Below, in pieces: positions 10,078 through 18,580 of a stretch of 56,354 bases of DNA (position 1 is its first letter; each line of letters starts with the position of its first letter). This stretch comes from Alphaproteobacteria bacterium (lineage in GTDB: Bacteria > Pseudomonadota > Alphaproteobacteria > CAAHEQ01 > UBA3637), in NCBI GenBank assembly GCA_045598925.1, contig JAZRVC010000009.1, positions 1-56,354 of the forward strand. Direction: 5' to 3'. The position numbers and the translations under genes are program-made. Below the pieces are notes generated by a model that saw nothing but the letters and a program-made list of their open reading frames with translations, ran no database searches and had not been told where the DNA came from.

Positions 10078-10106
10078 TTGACATTAGATGAAAAGTTTTG
10101 TACAAT
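10078..10106 (+). promoter_or_regulatory. sigma70 promoter for tRNA-Gly-tuf
   Basis: TTGACA (10078-10083), N17, TACAAT (10101-10106). Confidence 0.8.
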
Positions 10107-10139
10107 AACTTCACTCTTTTACCTATGGCAAAAGATGAT

Positions 10140-10213
10140 GCGGGTGTAGCACAATGGTAGTGCAGCAGCCTTCCAAGCTGAATACGTGGGTCCGATTCCC
10201 ATCACCCGCTCCA
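10140..10213 (+). tRNA. tRNA-Gly(TCC)
   Basis: GCGGGTGTAGCACAATGGTAGTGCAGCAGCCT-TCC-AAGCTG...CACCCGCTCCA, in the usual position before tuf. The T-loop reads TCCGATT. Confidence 0.92.
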
Positions 10214-10339
10214 AATGTTAGGATGTCAATTTCCTTTTGATAGGTCTAACTGGGTGAGAAAACACCTTTAAAAAACAAAACTAACCGAGGCCTTCGGGCT
10301 TCATTTTATTAACTGATCAGTTAAAGAAAGAGAAAAAAA

Positions 10340-11530
10340 ATGAGTAAAGAAAAATTTGAAAGAACAAAACCGCACTGCAATATCGGTACGATTGGTCACG
10401 TGGACCATGGTAAGACCACATTGACTGCGGCTATTACAAAAGTATTATCAGAAAATGGTGGCGCTTCATTCGTTGATTACGCCAACATTGATAAGGCTCC
10501 TGAAGAACGCGCTCGTGGTATTACAATTAATACTTCACACGTTGAATATGAAACAGCCAAACGTCACTATGCGCACGTTGACTGTCCGGGACACGCCGAC
10601 TATGTGAAAAACATGATTACCGGTGCGGCCCAGATGGATGGTGCTATCTTGGTGGTGTCTGCTGCTGATGGTCCAATGCCTCAAACACGTGAACACATTT
10701 TGTTGGCTCGCCAAGTGGGCGTTCCTGCCATTGTTGTGTTTATGAACAAGATGGATATGGTGGACGATCCTGAATTGTTGGAATTGGTTGAAATGGAAAT
10801 CCGCGATTTGTTGACTTCCTATCAATTCCCCGGGGACGAAATTCCTATCATCAAAGGTTCTGCGAAAGTGGCCTTGGATGGCGGCGATGCTAAATTAGGT
10901 CGTGATGCCATTATGGCTTTGATGGATGCGGTTGATTCTTATATTCCTCAACCTGCCCGTCCGACAGATAAGACTTTCTTGATGCCGATTGAAGACGTGT
11001 TCTCAATTTCCGGTCGTGGTACAGTGGTGACCGGTCGTGTGGAACAAGGTATTGTCAAAGTCGGTGATGAAATTGAAATCGTGGGCTTACGTCCAACACA
11101 AAAAACAACTGTGACCGGTATTGAAATGTTCCGTAAATTATTGGATCAAGGTGAAGCCGGTGATAACATTGGTGTGTTGTTGCGTGGTACAAAACGTGAA
11201 GAAGTGGAACGTGGTCAAGTGTTGGCTGTTCCTGGTTCTATCACACCACACACAGAATTTGAATGCCAATGCTATGTGTTGACAAAAGAAGAAGGTGGAC
11301 GTCATACTCCATTCTTTGGAAACTACCGTCCTCAATTCTATTTCCGTACAACAGACGTGACTGGTACTGTTGAATTACCAGCCGGTACAGAAATGGTTAT
11401 GCCGGGCGATAACATCACAATGAAAGTGAAGTTGATCGTTCCAGTCGCCATGAATGAAGGCTTACGCTTCGCTATTCGTGAAGGTGGTCATACAGTGGGC
11501 GCTGGTACAGTTTCCAAGATTATTAAATAA
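10340..11530 (+). CDS. tuf: Elongation factor Tu
   Basis: Motifs [19 protein letters not shown] and NKMD; 396 aa. Confidence 0.99.
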   Translation: MSKEKFERTKPHCNIGTIGHVDHGKTTLTAAITKVLSENGGASFVDYANIDKAPEERARGITINTSHVEYETAKRHYAHVDCPGHADYVKNMITGAAQMDGAILVVSAADGPMPQTREHILLARQVGVPAIVVFMNKMDMVDDPELLELVEMEIRDLLTSYQFPGDEIPIIKGSAKVALDGGDAKLGRDAIMALMDAVDSYIPQPARPTDKTFLMPIEDVFSISGRGTVVTGRVEQGIVKVGDEIEIVGLRPTQKTTVTGIEMFRKLLDQGEAGDNIGVLLRGTKREEVERGQVLAVPGSITPHTEFECQCYVLTKEEGGRHTPFFGNYRPQFYFRTTDVTGTVELPAGTEMVMPGDNITMKVKLIVPVAMNEGLRFAIREGGHTVGAGTVSKIIK

Positions 11531-11551
11531 TAATCTCATCTGTATAAAGAA

Positions 11552-11583
11552 GACTCCCTGCCTGAAAGGTGGGGAGTTTTTTT
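11552..11583 (+). terminator. Intrinsic terminator of tuf
   Basis: ACTCCCTGCCT-GAA-AGGTGGGGAGT stem followed by a T-run. Confidence 0.85.
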
Positions 11584-11587
11584 ATGC

Positions 11588-11616
11588 TTGCAATTTTCCG
11601 ATTGAACCGCTAAAAT
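11588..11616 (+). promoter_or_regulatory. sigma70 promoter for the structured leader and pilin-like gene
   Basis: TTGCAA (11588-11593), N17, TAAAAT (11611-11616). The predicted TSS near G11623 coincides with the first base of the first hairpin. Confidence 0.75.
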
Positions 11617-11622
11617 AAATTT

Positions 11623-11811
11623 GTCTTTTCCAAGGTGGAAAAGGCGTTGGGCGTAAGAAACCCTTAAACATAGAGTTGGCAACAACTCTTTAATAACGTT
11701 GGCATTCGGCCGAAAGGACGGATGTCGGCTGAATAAGGCTTTTGGCCCCAATAGGCTGAGCCATTATGTTTATGGTTTCTTAACATCCGCCCACTTTATG
11801 GTGGGTTTTTT
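11623..11811 (+). ncRNA. Unassigned structured RNA leader (riboswitch/attenuator candidate) ending in an intrinsic terminator
   Basis: Nested helices 11648-53/11788-93, 11654-62/11774-82 and 11665-72/11765-72 close a junction with four hairpins (two with GNRA loops). Terminator GCCCAC...GTGGGT followed by Ts at 11789-11811. Confidence 0.65.
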
Positions 11812-11840
11812 ATTAACATTATTTTGAAAGGAAACTATAA

Positions 11841-12494
11841 ATGTTGAATAAAAAGAAAAAATTAGAATCAGGTCGTTCAATGGTTGAAATGCTGGGCGTT
11901 TTGGCGATTATCGGGGTGCTGTCTGTGGGCGGTATCGCGGGCTATACCATGGCCATGAATAAATATCGGGCCAATGAAATTTTAAATGGGGCATCCATGA
12001 TGTATATGTTGGGGATGGCTTCCAATCAGGGAAATGGCACGGCTGAATTGACATATTCTGGCACAATAGGCAGTGTGCCAACAGGCGCCAGTGAAATTAC
12101 CTATACCAACAAAACGGTAGTGGTAAAAATTCAAGACGCCAGTGTGTGCGACCAAGTGAAAAATCAACTGGGGGATAAAGTATCCGCAGGCGATTGTGAA
12201 ACCGCCACCAGTGGTGTGTATTCATTGACAATTACTTTGAGCGAAGCAGACACAACAGGGGGAGATATTGATTGTAGTCAATGTCCCAGTACTTGTCCTA
12301 CAGGATGTGGCAAAGTGATGGCAGCAGATGATTTTTATGCGGCCAATAAAACGGAAGCCTCAAATGAGTGTAAAAAACAGATCCATCCTGGTAATAACAA
12401 ACCCTTCTTAGGAGCCTTCACGGCAGAAGAAATACCAGAAACACCACCACCATCCTATCAAGCAGAATATACATGGTTTTGTTGGAATGAATAA
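11841..12494 (+). CDS. Type IV pilin/pseudopilin-like protein with class III signal peptide and Cys-rich C-terminal domain
   Basis: Basic leader MLNKKKKLESG followed by RSMVEMLGVLAIIGVLSVGGIAGY (G at -1, E at +5, hydrophobic helix). CSQCPSTCPTGC lies in the C-terminal part. Confidence 0.8.
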   Translation: MLNKKKKLESGRSMVEMLGVLAIIGVLSVGGIAGYTMAMNKYRANEILNGASMMYMLGMASNQGNGTAELTYSGTIGSVPTGASEITYTNKTVVVKIQDASVCDQVKNQLGDKVSAGDCETATSGVYSLTITLSEADTTGGDIDCSQCPSTCPTGCGKVMAADDFYAANKTEASNECKKQIHPGNNKPFLGAFTAEEIPETPPPSYQAEYTWFCWNE

Positions 12495-12511
12495 TAACAA
12501 AACTGCAACCT

Positions 12512-12541
12512 ATCCCCGCTTTTTCCAGCGGGGATTTTTTT
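12512..12541 (+). terminator. Intrinsic terminator after the pilin-like gene
   Basis: CCCGCT-TTTCC-AGCGGG stem plus T-run, in the convergent gap with htpG. Confidence 0.75.
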
Positions 12542-14366
12542 ATTTCATCATAAGCGCCGTCAGGCGTTTCACAAAATCGGCGGCATCGGGTAAGGGTTCC
12601 CCTTCGGCCACCAAAGTTTGGTCATACAACAATTTAATATAATCGTCCGCATCTTTCATATCGGCCAATTTATGAATCAATGGGTGGCACGGATTGATTT
12701 GTAGGACACGGGTGCTGGCAAACGCGGTTTGTTGCCCGTGCATGCGCATCAACCGTTCCAAATGCAGACTCATTTCGCCCGCCCCTGTGGTCAATGCCAT
12801 CGGGGAATCGGTTAAATAGGCCGCTTCTTCCACCTTTTGCACCTGGTTCTTTAACACGTCTTGAATCTTTGTTTTTAAGGCTTCCAATTTGGATTTTTCC
12901 AAAACTTCCCCTTGGGCTTTGGCGGGCGAGACTTTATTCAACTCGTCACCCGCGTGTTGCACCGCGCAAAACTTTTTGCCCTGATATTCACCAAAGGTAT
13001 TCGTCCAAAATTCATCCACCGGATCAATCAACAACAAGACTTCAATGCCTCTGGATGTCAAGTTTTCCAATTGCGGATGATGACGTAAAATCGTCAAATC
13101 TGCCCCTGTGATAAAATAAATTTTGTCTTGATTCGGTTTCATACGCTTGACATAATCCGCCAACGAAGACAGTTCTTTGCCTTGGGTGGTATAAAAGCGA
13201 CACAAGTCCGCGACTTCATCCCGCACTTCGGATGGCTCATACAGGCCTTCCTTTAACACGACACCGAAATTATCCCAAAATTCTTTATATTCAGCCGGCT
13301 TTTCGCTGCGTTTTTTTAAGGCTGCCAATACTTTTTTTGTCAGCCCCTGTTTAATCTTGGTTAAAACAGGTGTTTGTTGCAACATTTCCCGACTGACATT
13401 TAACGGCAAATCTTTGGTATCAATGACCCCAGACAAAAAGCGCAACCAATAGGGCATCAATTCCGGCATATCATTAGAGATAAACACTTGATTGACATAC
13501 AGGCTTAAATGACTGGGCTGATCCGGTTGAAATAGAGACACCGGCGCTTTAGTCGGCACAAACAACAAAGCGGTGTAATCTATCACGCCTTCCACATGCG
13601 CGTGCAGTGTTTCCCATGGCGTATCAAAAGCCCCCGACACCGTTTGATAAAAATCTTTATATTGTTCGCCTGTAATATCAGATTTCGGGCGCATCCACAG
13701 GGCCGAACCCGCATTGACCTGAGATTCTTCTTTACCATCCGTTAAATAAATCGGAAACGCAATAAAATCACTGTACTGTTTAATCAAATGGCGCAAGCGA
13801 AAAGCGTCCGTATATTCTGAATCTTCTTTTTTCAAAGACAAAATAATGGACGTACCGAACTCTGCCTGATCATCAGGGGTAATCGTAAAATCACCTGTCC
13901 CCGAACTTTCCCACAACCAGCCCGATTTTTCCCCCGCTTTTTTGGTGCGCACCTTCACTTTATCCGCCACCATAAAACTGGCGTAAAAGCCCACACCAAA
14001 CTGACCAATCAACGCCATATCTTTTTGCTTATCACCCGACAAAGATTTAAAAAATTCCGCCGATCCCGAACGGGCAATCGTCCCCAGATGATTGATCAAA
14101 TCTTCCCGATTCATCCCGATACCATTATCCGTAATCGTTAAAGTATTGGCTTTTTTATCAGGGGTAATCGTTAAACGCAAAGCACTTTTTGGGGCCAATT
14201 CGGGATGTGTTAAAGAGGCATAACGCAACTTTTCACACGCATCCGCCCCGTTGGAAATCAACTCTCTTAAAAAAATTTCTTTATTGGAATACAGCGAATG
14301 AATCACAATATCCAACACTTTGGCAACTTGTGCTTGAAAGGCGATTTTTTCTGATTTTTGTTGCAT
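12540..14366 (-). CDS. htpG: Molecular chaperone HtpG (Hsp90)
   Basis: Motifs HSLYSNKEIFLRELISN, DNGIGM, LGTIARSG, IGQFGVGFY and LPLNVSRE. Confidence 0.97.
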   Translation of the reverse strand: MQQKSEKIAFQAQVAKVLDIVIHSLYSNKEIFLRELISNGADACEKLRYASLTHPELAPKSALRLTITPDKKANTLTITDNGIGMNREDLINHLGTIARSGSAEFFKSLSGDKQKDMALIGQFGVGFYASFMVADKVKVRTKKAGEKSGWLWESSGTGDFTITPDDQAEFGTSIILSLKKEDSEYTDAFRLRHLIKQYSDFIAFPIYLTDGKEESQVNAGSALWMRPKSDITGEQYKDFYQTVSGAFDTPWETLHAHVEGVIDYTALLFVPTKAPVSLFQPDQPSHLSLYVNQVFISNDMPELMPYWLRFLSGVIDTKDLPLNVSREMLQQTPVLTKIKQGLTKKVLAALKKRSEKPAEYKEFWDNFGVVLKEGLYEPSEVRDEVADLCRFYTTQGKELSSLADYVKRMKPNQDKIYFITGADLTILRHHPQLENLTSRGIEVLLLIDPVDEFWTNTFGEYQGKKFCAVQHAGDELNKVSPAKAQGEVLEKSKLEALKTKIQDVLKNQVQKVEEAAYLTDSPMALTTGAGEMSLHLERLMRMHGQQTAFASTRVLQINPCHPLIHKLADMKDADDYIKLLYDQTLVAEGEPLPDAADFVKRLTALMMK

Positions 14367-14396
14367 GACTTTCTCCTTGGGTTAAAACATATCTAT

Positions 14397-14426
14397 GTAT
14401 ATAAGGCGTTCCTAAAAAAAATCAAG
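14397..14426 (-). promoter_or_regulatory. Possible RpoH-type promoter of htpG
   Basis: Minus strand CTTG-N17-CTTATAT resembles the alphaproteobacterial sigma32 consensus CTTG-N17-CYTATNT. It could also be read as a weak sigma70 promoter. Confidence 0.45.
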
Positions 14427-14468
14427 GGGAAAAGAACTTTTCCCCAAGAAGATAAACCAAATAAAGTC

Positions 14469-15188
14469 TTATTTTTCTGACCCGCGGGTTCTTAAGGCTT
14501 TTTCTTCAACCCTTAAATAATCATGCGTTTGAAGTAATAAGTGATTCAACGCTGAATGATACTTTGATTTTTCTTGGGCGTATTTTTGTCCCGCATCCGT
14601 TGTCAACCACTGATTATAAGCATTTTCATCCCCCGGCTTCGCAAAATTTTGTGTTTCCAAAACCTTTTGCCATACTTCAGGATTCCAAGCAAAAACAGGG
14701 TTTTCCCCTTTTGAAAAAGCAATAAAGCTGTAATAAGGGGTCGGATGTTTTTTAAATAAATTATGCAATTTATCCAATTTCAGGGCCGATTTATTGAGGA
14801 CAAATTTTCCTTCATAAACTTCAGGATAAGCCCCATACCACCAAGCAATTTTTTTCAAAGCCTCATCCCCTTGACTGAGCAAATGTTCGGCCGCCCCCAA
14901 TACACGCATTTTTTCTTGAGATGTCGTGCAATTTTTTAATTCTTGCTCTAAAACGTGTTCCAAATTTTGCGCCTTTACAGAGGTTCTGGACACCTTTATA
15001 TTCCCGTCAATAATCCTTAAAACCCTGTTGATTTGGCAAAGCGTCGTCCCTTGTTGTTGAGGGGTTAAACCTTCTTTAGCCCAATCAGATGCCTTTTGAT
15101 TATAAAAAGCCTCTACGGCAGGCAAAAGGGCGTTTTCACCACTGGCCATTTCCTGCATTTCTAATTGTTTTAAAAAATCATTTTGCAT
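14469..15188 (-). CDS. Hypothetical protein
   Basis: About 240-aa ORF starting 4 nt after the alaS stop, with a GGAG RBS. No recognisable motif. Confidence 0.7.
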   Translation of the reverse strand: MQNDFLKQLEMQEMASGENALLPAVEAFYNQKASDWAKEGLTPQQQGTTLCQINRVLRIIDGNIKVSRTSVKAQNLEHVLEQELKNCTTSQEKMRVLGAAEHLLSQGDEALKKIAWWYGAYPEVYEGKFVLNKSALKLDKLHNLFKKHPTPYYSFIAFSKGENPVFAWNPEVWQKVLETQNFAKPGDENAYNQWLTTDAGQKYAQEKSKYHSALNHLLLQTHDYLRVEEKALRTRGSEK

Positions 15189-15192
15189 GTTA

Positions 15193-16962
15193 TTACTCCA
15201 ATACAGCCTTAATACGGCGCACACCGGCCGAAGACGATTCTTCTTTTAAAATACGGAAATGTCCCAAATCCCCCGTGTTCTTGGCGTGCGGTCCCCCACA
15301 AACTTCTTTGGACACATTACCGATTGTATAAACTTTGACATTTTGGGCATTGTATTTATCTTTAAATAAGCACATCGCCCCTTCGGCCTCGGCTTCCGCC
15401 AAAGTCTTTTCTTCACAAACAACAGGGATTTTTTGACCAATCACTTCGTTCACTTTGTCTTGTAAATACTGCACTTCTTCCGGTGTCATTTTGCGTTCAA
15501 AAGAAAAGTCAAAGCGCATCCGTTCCGGTGTAATGTTGGATCCGCGTTGTTCCACGGTTGTCCCAAACATTTGGCGCAAAATCGCCTGCATAATATGGGT
15601 GGCGGTATGATAGTGCGCGGATTTTTCCGATGTATCGGCCAGGCCCCCTTTAAACTTTTGTTCGGCACCTTTTCTGGACAATTCTTGGTGGGCTTCAAAG
15701 CATTTGTTAAAGCCATCCACATCCACTGTAAGGTTGTGTTCTTTGGCCTCTTCCTGCGTAAATTCCAAAGGAAAGCCATAGGTATCATACAAATGGAAAG
15801 CGGTTTGCCCGTCAATTTGGGTGCCCGTTAAACGCGCACGCACTTTGTCCATTTCTTTTAATCCTGCGGTAATCGTGCGGTTAAACAGTTGTTCTTCCTT
15901 ATCCAATTCCGTCATAATAAAATCACGATTACGCACCAATTCCGGATAGTAGTCTTGATATTGATTTAACACACATTCGGCAAGTTTCGGCAACACAAAG
16001 TCCGTAATCCCAATCTTTTTCAAATTCCGAATCGCCACACGAATCAAACGACGCAACACATAACCTTGATCCGTATTAGACGGCACTAAATGCTTATCAT
16101 CTCCCATAATAAAGACGGAAGTCCGCACGTGATCTAATACCTTACGGAAAGGCACCAAATGATCCGCATATTTTTGACCGGAAATTTCCTCTAACTTCGT
16201 GCGCATGCCTTGGAAGAGTTCCGTTGTAAAGACATCATTGGTCCCGTTCATAAAGGACAGCACCCGTTCCAAGCCCATCCCCGTATCCACGTTCTTTTGG
16301 GAAAGCGGCACCAAGGAACCATCTTTTTTCTTTTCATATTGCATAAAGACGTCATTCCAAATTTCGGTATATTTACCACAAGGACAACTGGGGCCACAAT
16401 CAGGGCCACAAGCGGGCTGACCGTTATCAATAAACATTTCTGTATCAGGGCCACAAGGTCCCCCATCCGCAAGTCCCCACCAGTTATCGTCCGCGCCATA
16501 GAAAAAGATTTGATTATCTTTAAGTCCTTGCGCTTTCCAAAGGGTCGCCGTTTCTTCATCTTTAGGCGCATTTTCATCCCCCGCAAAAGCGGTCACGGCC
16601 AATTGTTCTGGTTTAAAGCCCAATTGAGAAGTTAAAAATTCATAACTCCAAGCCACCATTTCTTTTTTGAAATAATCCCCCAAAGACCAGTTGCCCATCA
16701 TTTCAAAGAAAGTCAAATGGCTGGTATCCCCAACGGAATCAATATCGTTGGTGCGAATACATTTTTGAATATCGGTCAAACGATTGCCGGCGGGGTGTTT
16801 CTGTCCCATTAAATAAGGAACTAACGGATGCATCCCCGCTGTTGTAAAGAGCACAGTTGCATCATTTTCGGGGAAAACCGAAGCCGATGGAATTTCGGTG
16901 TGTCCTTTTGATTTAAAAAAATTCAACCATTTTGATCGTAATTCTTTATATGTAATTGACAT
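15193..16962 (-). CDS. alaS: Alanine--tRNA ligase, short form (no C-Ala domain)
   Basis: Motifs LFTTAGMHPL, HLTFFEMMGNWS, GPCGPDTE, EIWNDVFMQY, VDTGMGLER and LYDTYGFP. Editing motifs HTATH and CGGPH. The protein ends at SAGVRRIKAVLE. Confidence 0.95.
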   Translation of the reverse strand: MSITYKELRSKWLNFFKSKGHTEIPSASVFPENDATVLFTTAGMHPLVPYLMGQKHPAGNRLTDIQKCIRTNDIDSVGDTSHLTFFEMMGNWSLGDYFKKEMVAWSYEFLTSQLGFKPEQLAVTAFAGDENAPKDEETATLWKAQGLKDNQIFFYGADDNWWGLADGGPCGPDTEMFIDNGQPACGPDCGPSCPCGKYTEIWNDVFMQYEKKKDGSLVPLSQKNVDTGMGLERVLSFMNGTNDVFTTELFQGMRTKLEEISGQKYADHLVPFRKVLDHVRTSVFIMGDDKHLVPSNTDQGYVLRRLIRVAIRNLKKIGITDFVLPKLAECVLNQYQDYYPELVRNRDFIMTELDKEEQLFNRTITAGLKEMDKVRARLTGTQIDGQTAFHLYDTYGFPLEFTQEEAKEHNLTVDVDGFNKCFEAHQELSRKGAEQKFKGGLADTSEKSAHYHTATHIMQAILRQMFGTTVEQRGSNITPERMRFDFSFERKMTPEEVQYLQDKVNEVIGQKIPVVCEEKTLAEAEAEGAMCLFKDKYNAQNVKVYTIGNVSKEVCGGPHAKNTGDLGHFRILKEESSSAGVRRIKAVLE

Positions 16963-16989
16963 CAATAACTCCTTTTAAAAAGTAGAGTA

Positions 16990-17018
16990 ATTATATCAAA
17001 AACAGTCCGAAAAGTCAA
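16990..17018 (-). promoter_or_regulatory. sigma70 promoter of alaS
   Basis: Minus strand TTGACT-N17-TATAAT. Confidence 0.75.
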
Positions 17019-17028
17019 ACAAAACAAG

Positions 17029-17054
17029 AAACGGGCCCTTTCTTGAGCCCGTTT
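17029..17054. terminator. Intrinsic terminator downstream of the PPIase gene
   Basis: AAACGGGC...GCCCGTTT inverted repeat with T-rich flanks. Confidence 0.7.
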
Positions 17055-17073
17055 TATTTAACAGAATAAATTT

Positions 17074-18096
17074 TTATTCCATTGTCGGACGAATAATCTG
17101 CACATTTCTTTTGACACGCTCTTCGGCCAAAATTTCGGGCACTTTTCGTTCCATCACGGCCTGACGCAGTTGGTCTTTTACATCTTCAAATTTAGGCGCC
17201 GAAGTCATCCGTTTATCCAAGACTTGAATAACGTGCCAACCATAGGCTGTCCGCACAGGATTAGATAACTCACCTTTTTGCATTTTAAAGACGGCTTCAG
17301 CAAATTCGGGAATCATCATTTCACGGGTAAAATATCCCAAATCTCCCGCTTCGGTATTTTTATCCAAAGATTTTTGGTTGGCCAGTGTGGCAAAATCGGC
17401 CCCCGCTTTTAATTGAATCAGCACATCCCGTGCTTGATCTTGCGTATCCACCAAAATATGACGAGCGTGTATTTCTTGTTGAGGTTGAAAGTTCTTTACT
17501 TGCTCATTATAAAAATTTTGTAAATCTTGTTCTGTAATGGCTTGCTCTAAAACCGCCGTCAAATAGGCCTGAGTAATAATTTGTTCTTCGGCCGTTTGAA
17601 TCATCCGTTGGACTTCGGGATCTTCGGGAATCAGCATTTCTTCTGCCCCTAACTGCACCACTTTATTATTCAAATATAAATCCAACATTTTGGGATAAAT
17701 TTGATTAAAAGGCACTTCTGCCAGTTGGGGCACTTTTTTCACAAATTCTTTTAATTCTTCAATTGTGATTTCTTCATCCCCGACCACAGCCACAACATTT
17801 TGTGCATAGGTTTTAACAGGGGCTTGCGCTTCTGTGGGGGGTAAGGCGGGACGCACAGGAATCAAACGTCCGCGGACAGAAGTTGCTGGATGCAACACCA
17901 TCATCAATTGAAAAACAAACCATCCCAAAAGACAAGCCGCCAATAAGGTCATCAAAATCGTCCAAAATGCTTTATTGTTCTTTGGTGCTTTTACTTTTGT
18001 AGCAATCGGTAATTGCACGGATTGCACTACCATTGACTTTTCCCGACTAATCGGTTGAACCGCATTTTTTTTAGGTTTCATTTTCTTAAGTGTCAT
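17074..18096 (-). CDS. Membrane-anchored parvulin-type peptidyl-prolyl isomerase (PrsA/PpiC-like)
   Basis: One TM helix; motifs HARHILV, GADFATLA, GDLGYF, MIPEFAEAVF and PVRTAYGWHVI. Confidence 0.9.
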   Translation of the reverse strand: MTLKKMKPKKNAVQPISREKSMVVQSVQLPIATKVKAPKNNKAFWTILMTLLAACLLGWFVFQLMMVLHPATSVRGRLIPVRPALPPTEAQAPVKTYAQNVVAVVGDEEITIEELKEFVKKVPQLAEVPFNQIYPKMLDLYLNNKVVQLGAEEMLIPEDPEVQRMIQTAEEQIITQAYLTAVLEQAITEQDLQNFYNEQVKNFQPQQEIHARHILVDTQDQARDVLIQLKAGADFATLANQKSLDKNTEAGDLGYFTREMMIPEFAEAVFKMQKGELSNPVRTAYGWHVIQVLDKRMTSAPKFEDVKDQLRQAVMERKVPEILAEERVKRNVQIIRPTME

Positions 18097-18163
18097 ATTT
18101 TATTCCTCCCCTGAATCAATATATAAGTTTTAGTATAAAAAAAATGAAAGAAAAATCAAGTCT

Positions 18164-18580
18164 CTAACTGATTTTTTCCAACATTTTCAATCTGTGCGAC
18201 AGAGTACCTAAGAACGCTTTGGCCAAACTGGGATGTAAAGACATCACCGTATAAAGTTGATCTGAGGTCCATTTTAACAAGACGGTTTTTTTATGGGCCA
18301 CAACCTTCACCCCTAAAGGAGCGGGATTAAAGACAGTCGTTTCCCCCACCATTTGTCGGGGACCTAATTCCACATCATCGGTGTCTTTTTGTTCTAGATT
18401 CAATTGTCCGGTTAAAATCAAAAACAAATGATTATTTTCTTGCGAAGCCTCTAACAATGTTTCCCCTTCTTTCAGGGTTTTTTCTTGCGCCTCGGAAATA
18501 AGGTCCGACAAGGCCAGTTCAGACGCTTTTTCAAACAAAGGAACGTTTTTTAATAATAAAACTTTTTCATATGTAATCAT
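18164..18580 (-). CDS. Stand-alone cyclic nucleotide-binding (cNMP/Crp-like) domain protein
   Basis: EKVLLLKNVPLF, GETLL...LFLILTGQL and VGE. No HTH domain. ATGA overlap with the upstream gene. Confidence 0.8.
   Translation of the reverse strand: MITYEKVLLLKNVPLFEKASELALSDLISEAQEKTLKEGETLLEASQENNHLFLILTGQLNLEQKDTDDVELGPRQMVGETTVFNPAPLGVKVVAHKKTVLLKWTSDQLYTVMSLHPSLAKAFLGTLSHRLKMLEKIS

Noticed and set aside
9748-10149. ORFs of 64-77 aa across the tRNA-Arg region
   Set aside because: They overlap the tRNA and hairpin element and have no RBS or recognisable motif.
11536-11751. 71-aa minus-strand ORF over the RNA leader
   Set aside because: It has a weak start, no RBS, and runs through the tuf terminator. 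The G-U pairs and GNRA loops favour a plus-strand RNA.
11623-11811. Assignment of the leader as 6S RNA, tmRNA, SRP RNA or T-box
   Set aside because: It is multi-branched rather than rod-shaped. It has no tRNA-like ends or CCA, no SRP domain IV motif and no GGTGGNACCGCG T-box sequence.
11841-12494. DGR or shufflon target
   Set aside because: I saw no reverse transcriptase, template repeat, recombinase or alternative C-terminal cassettes in the window.
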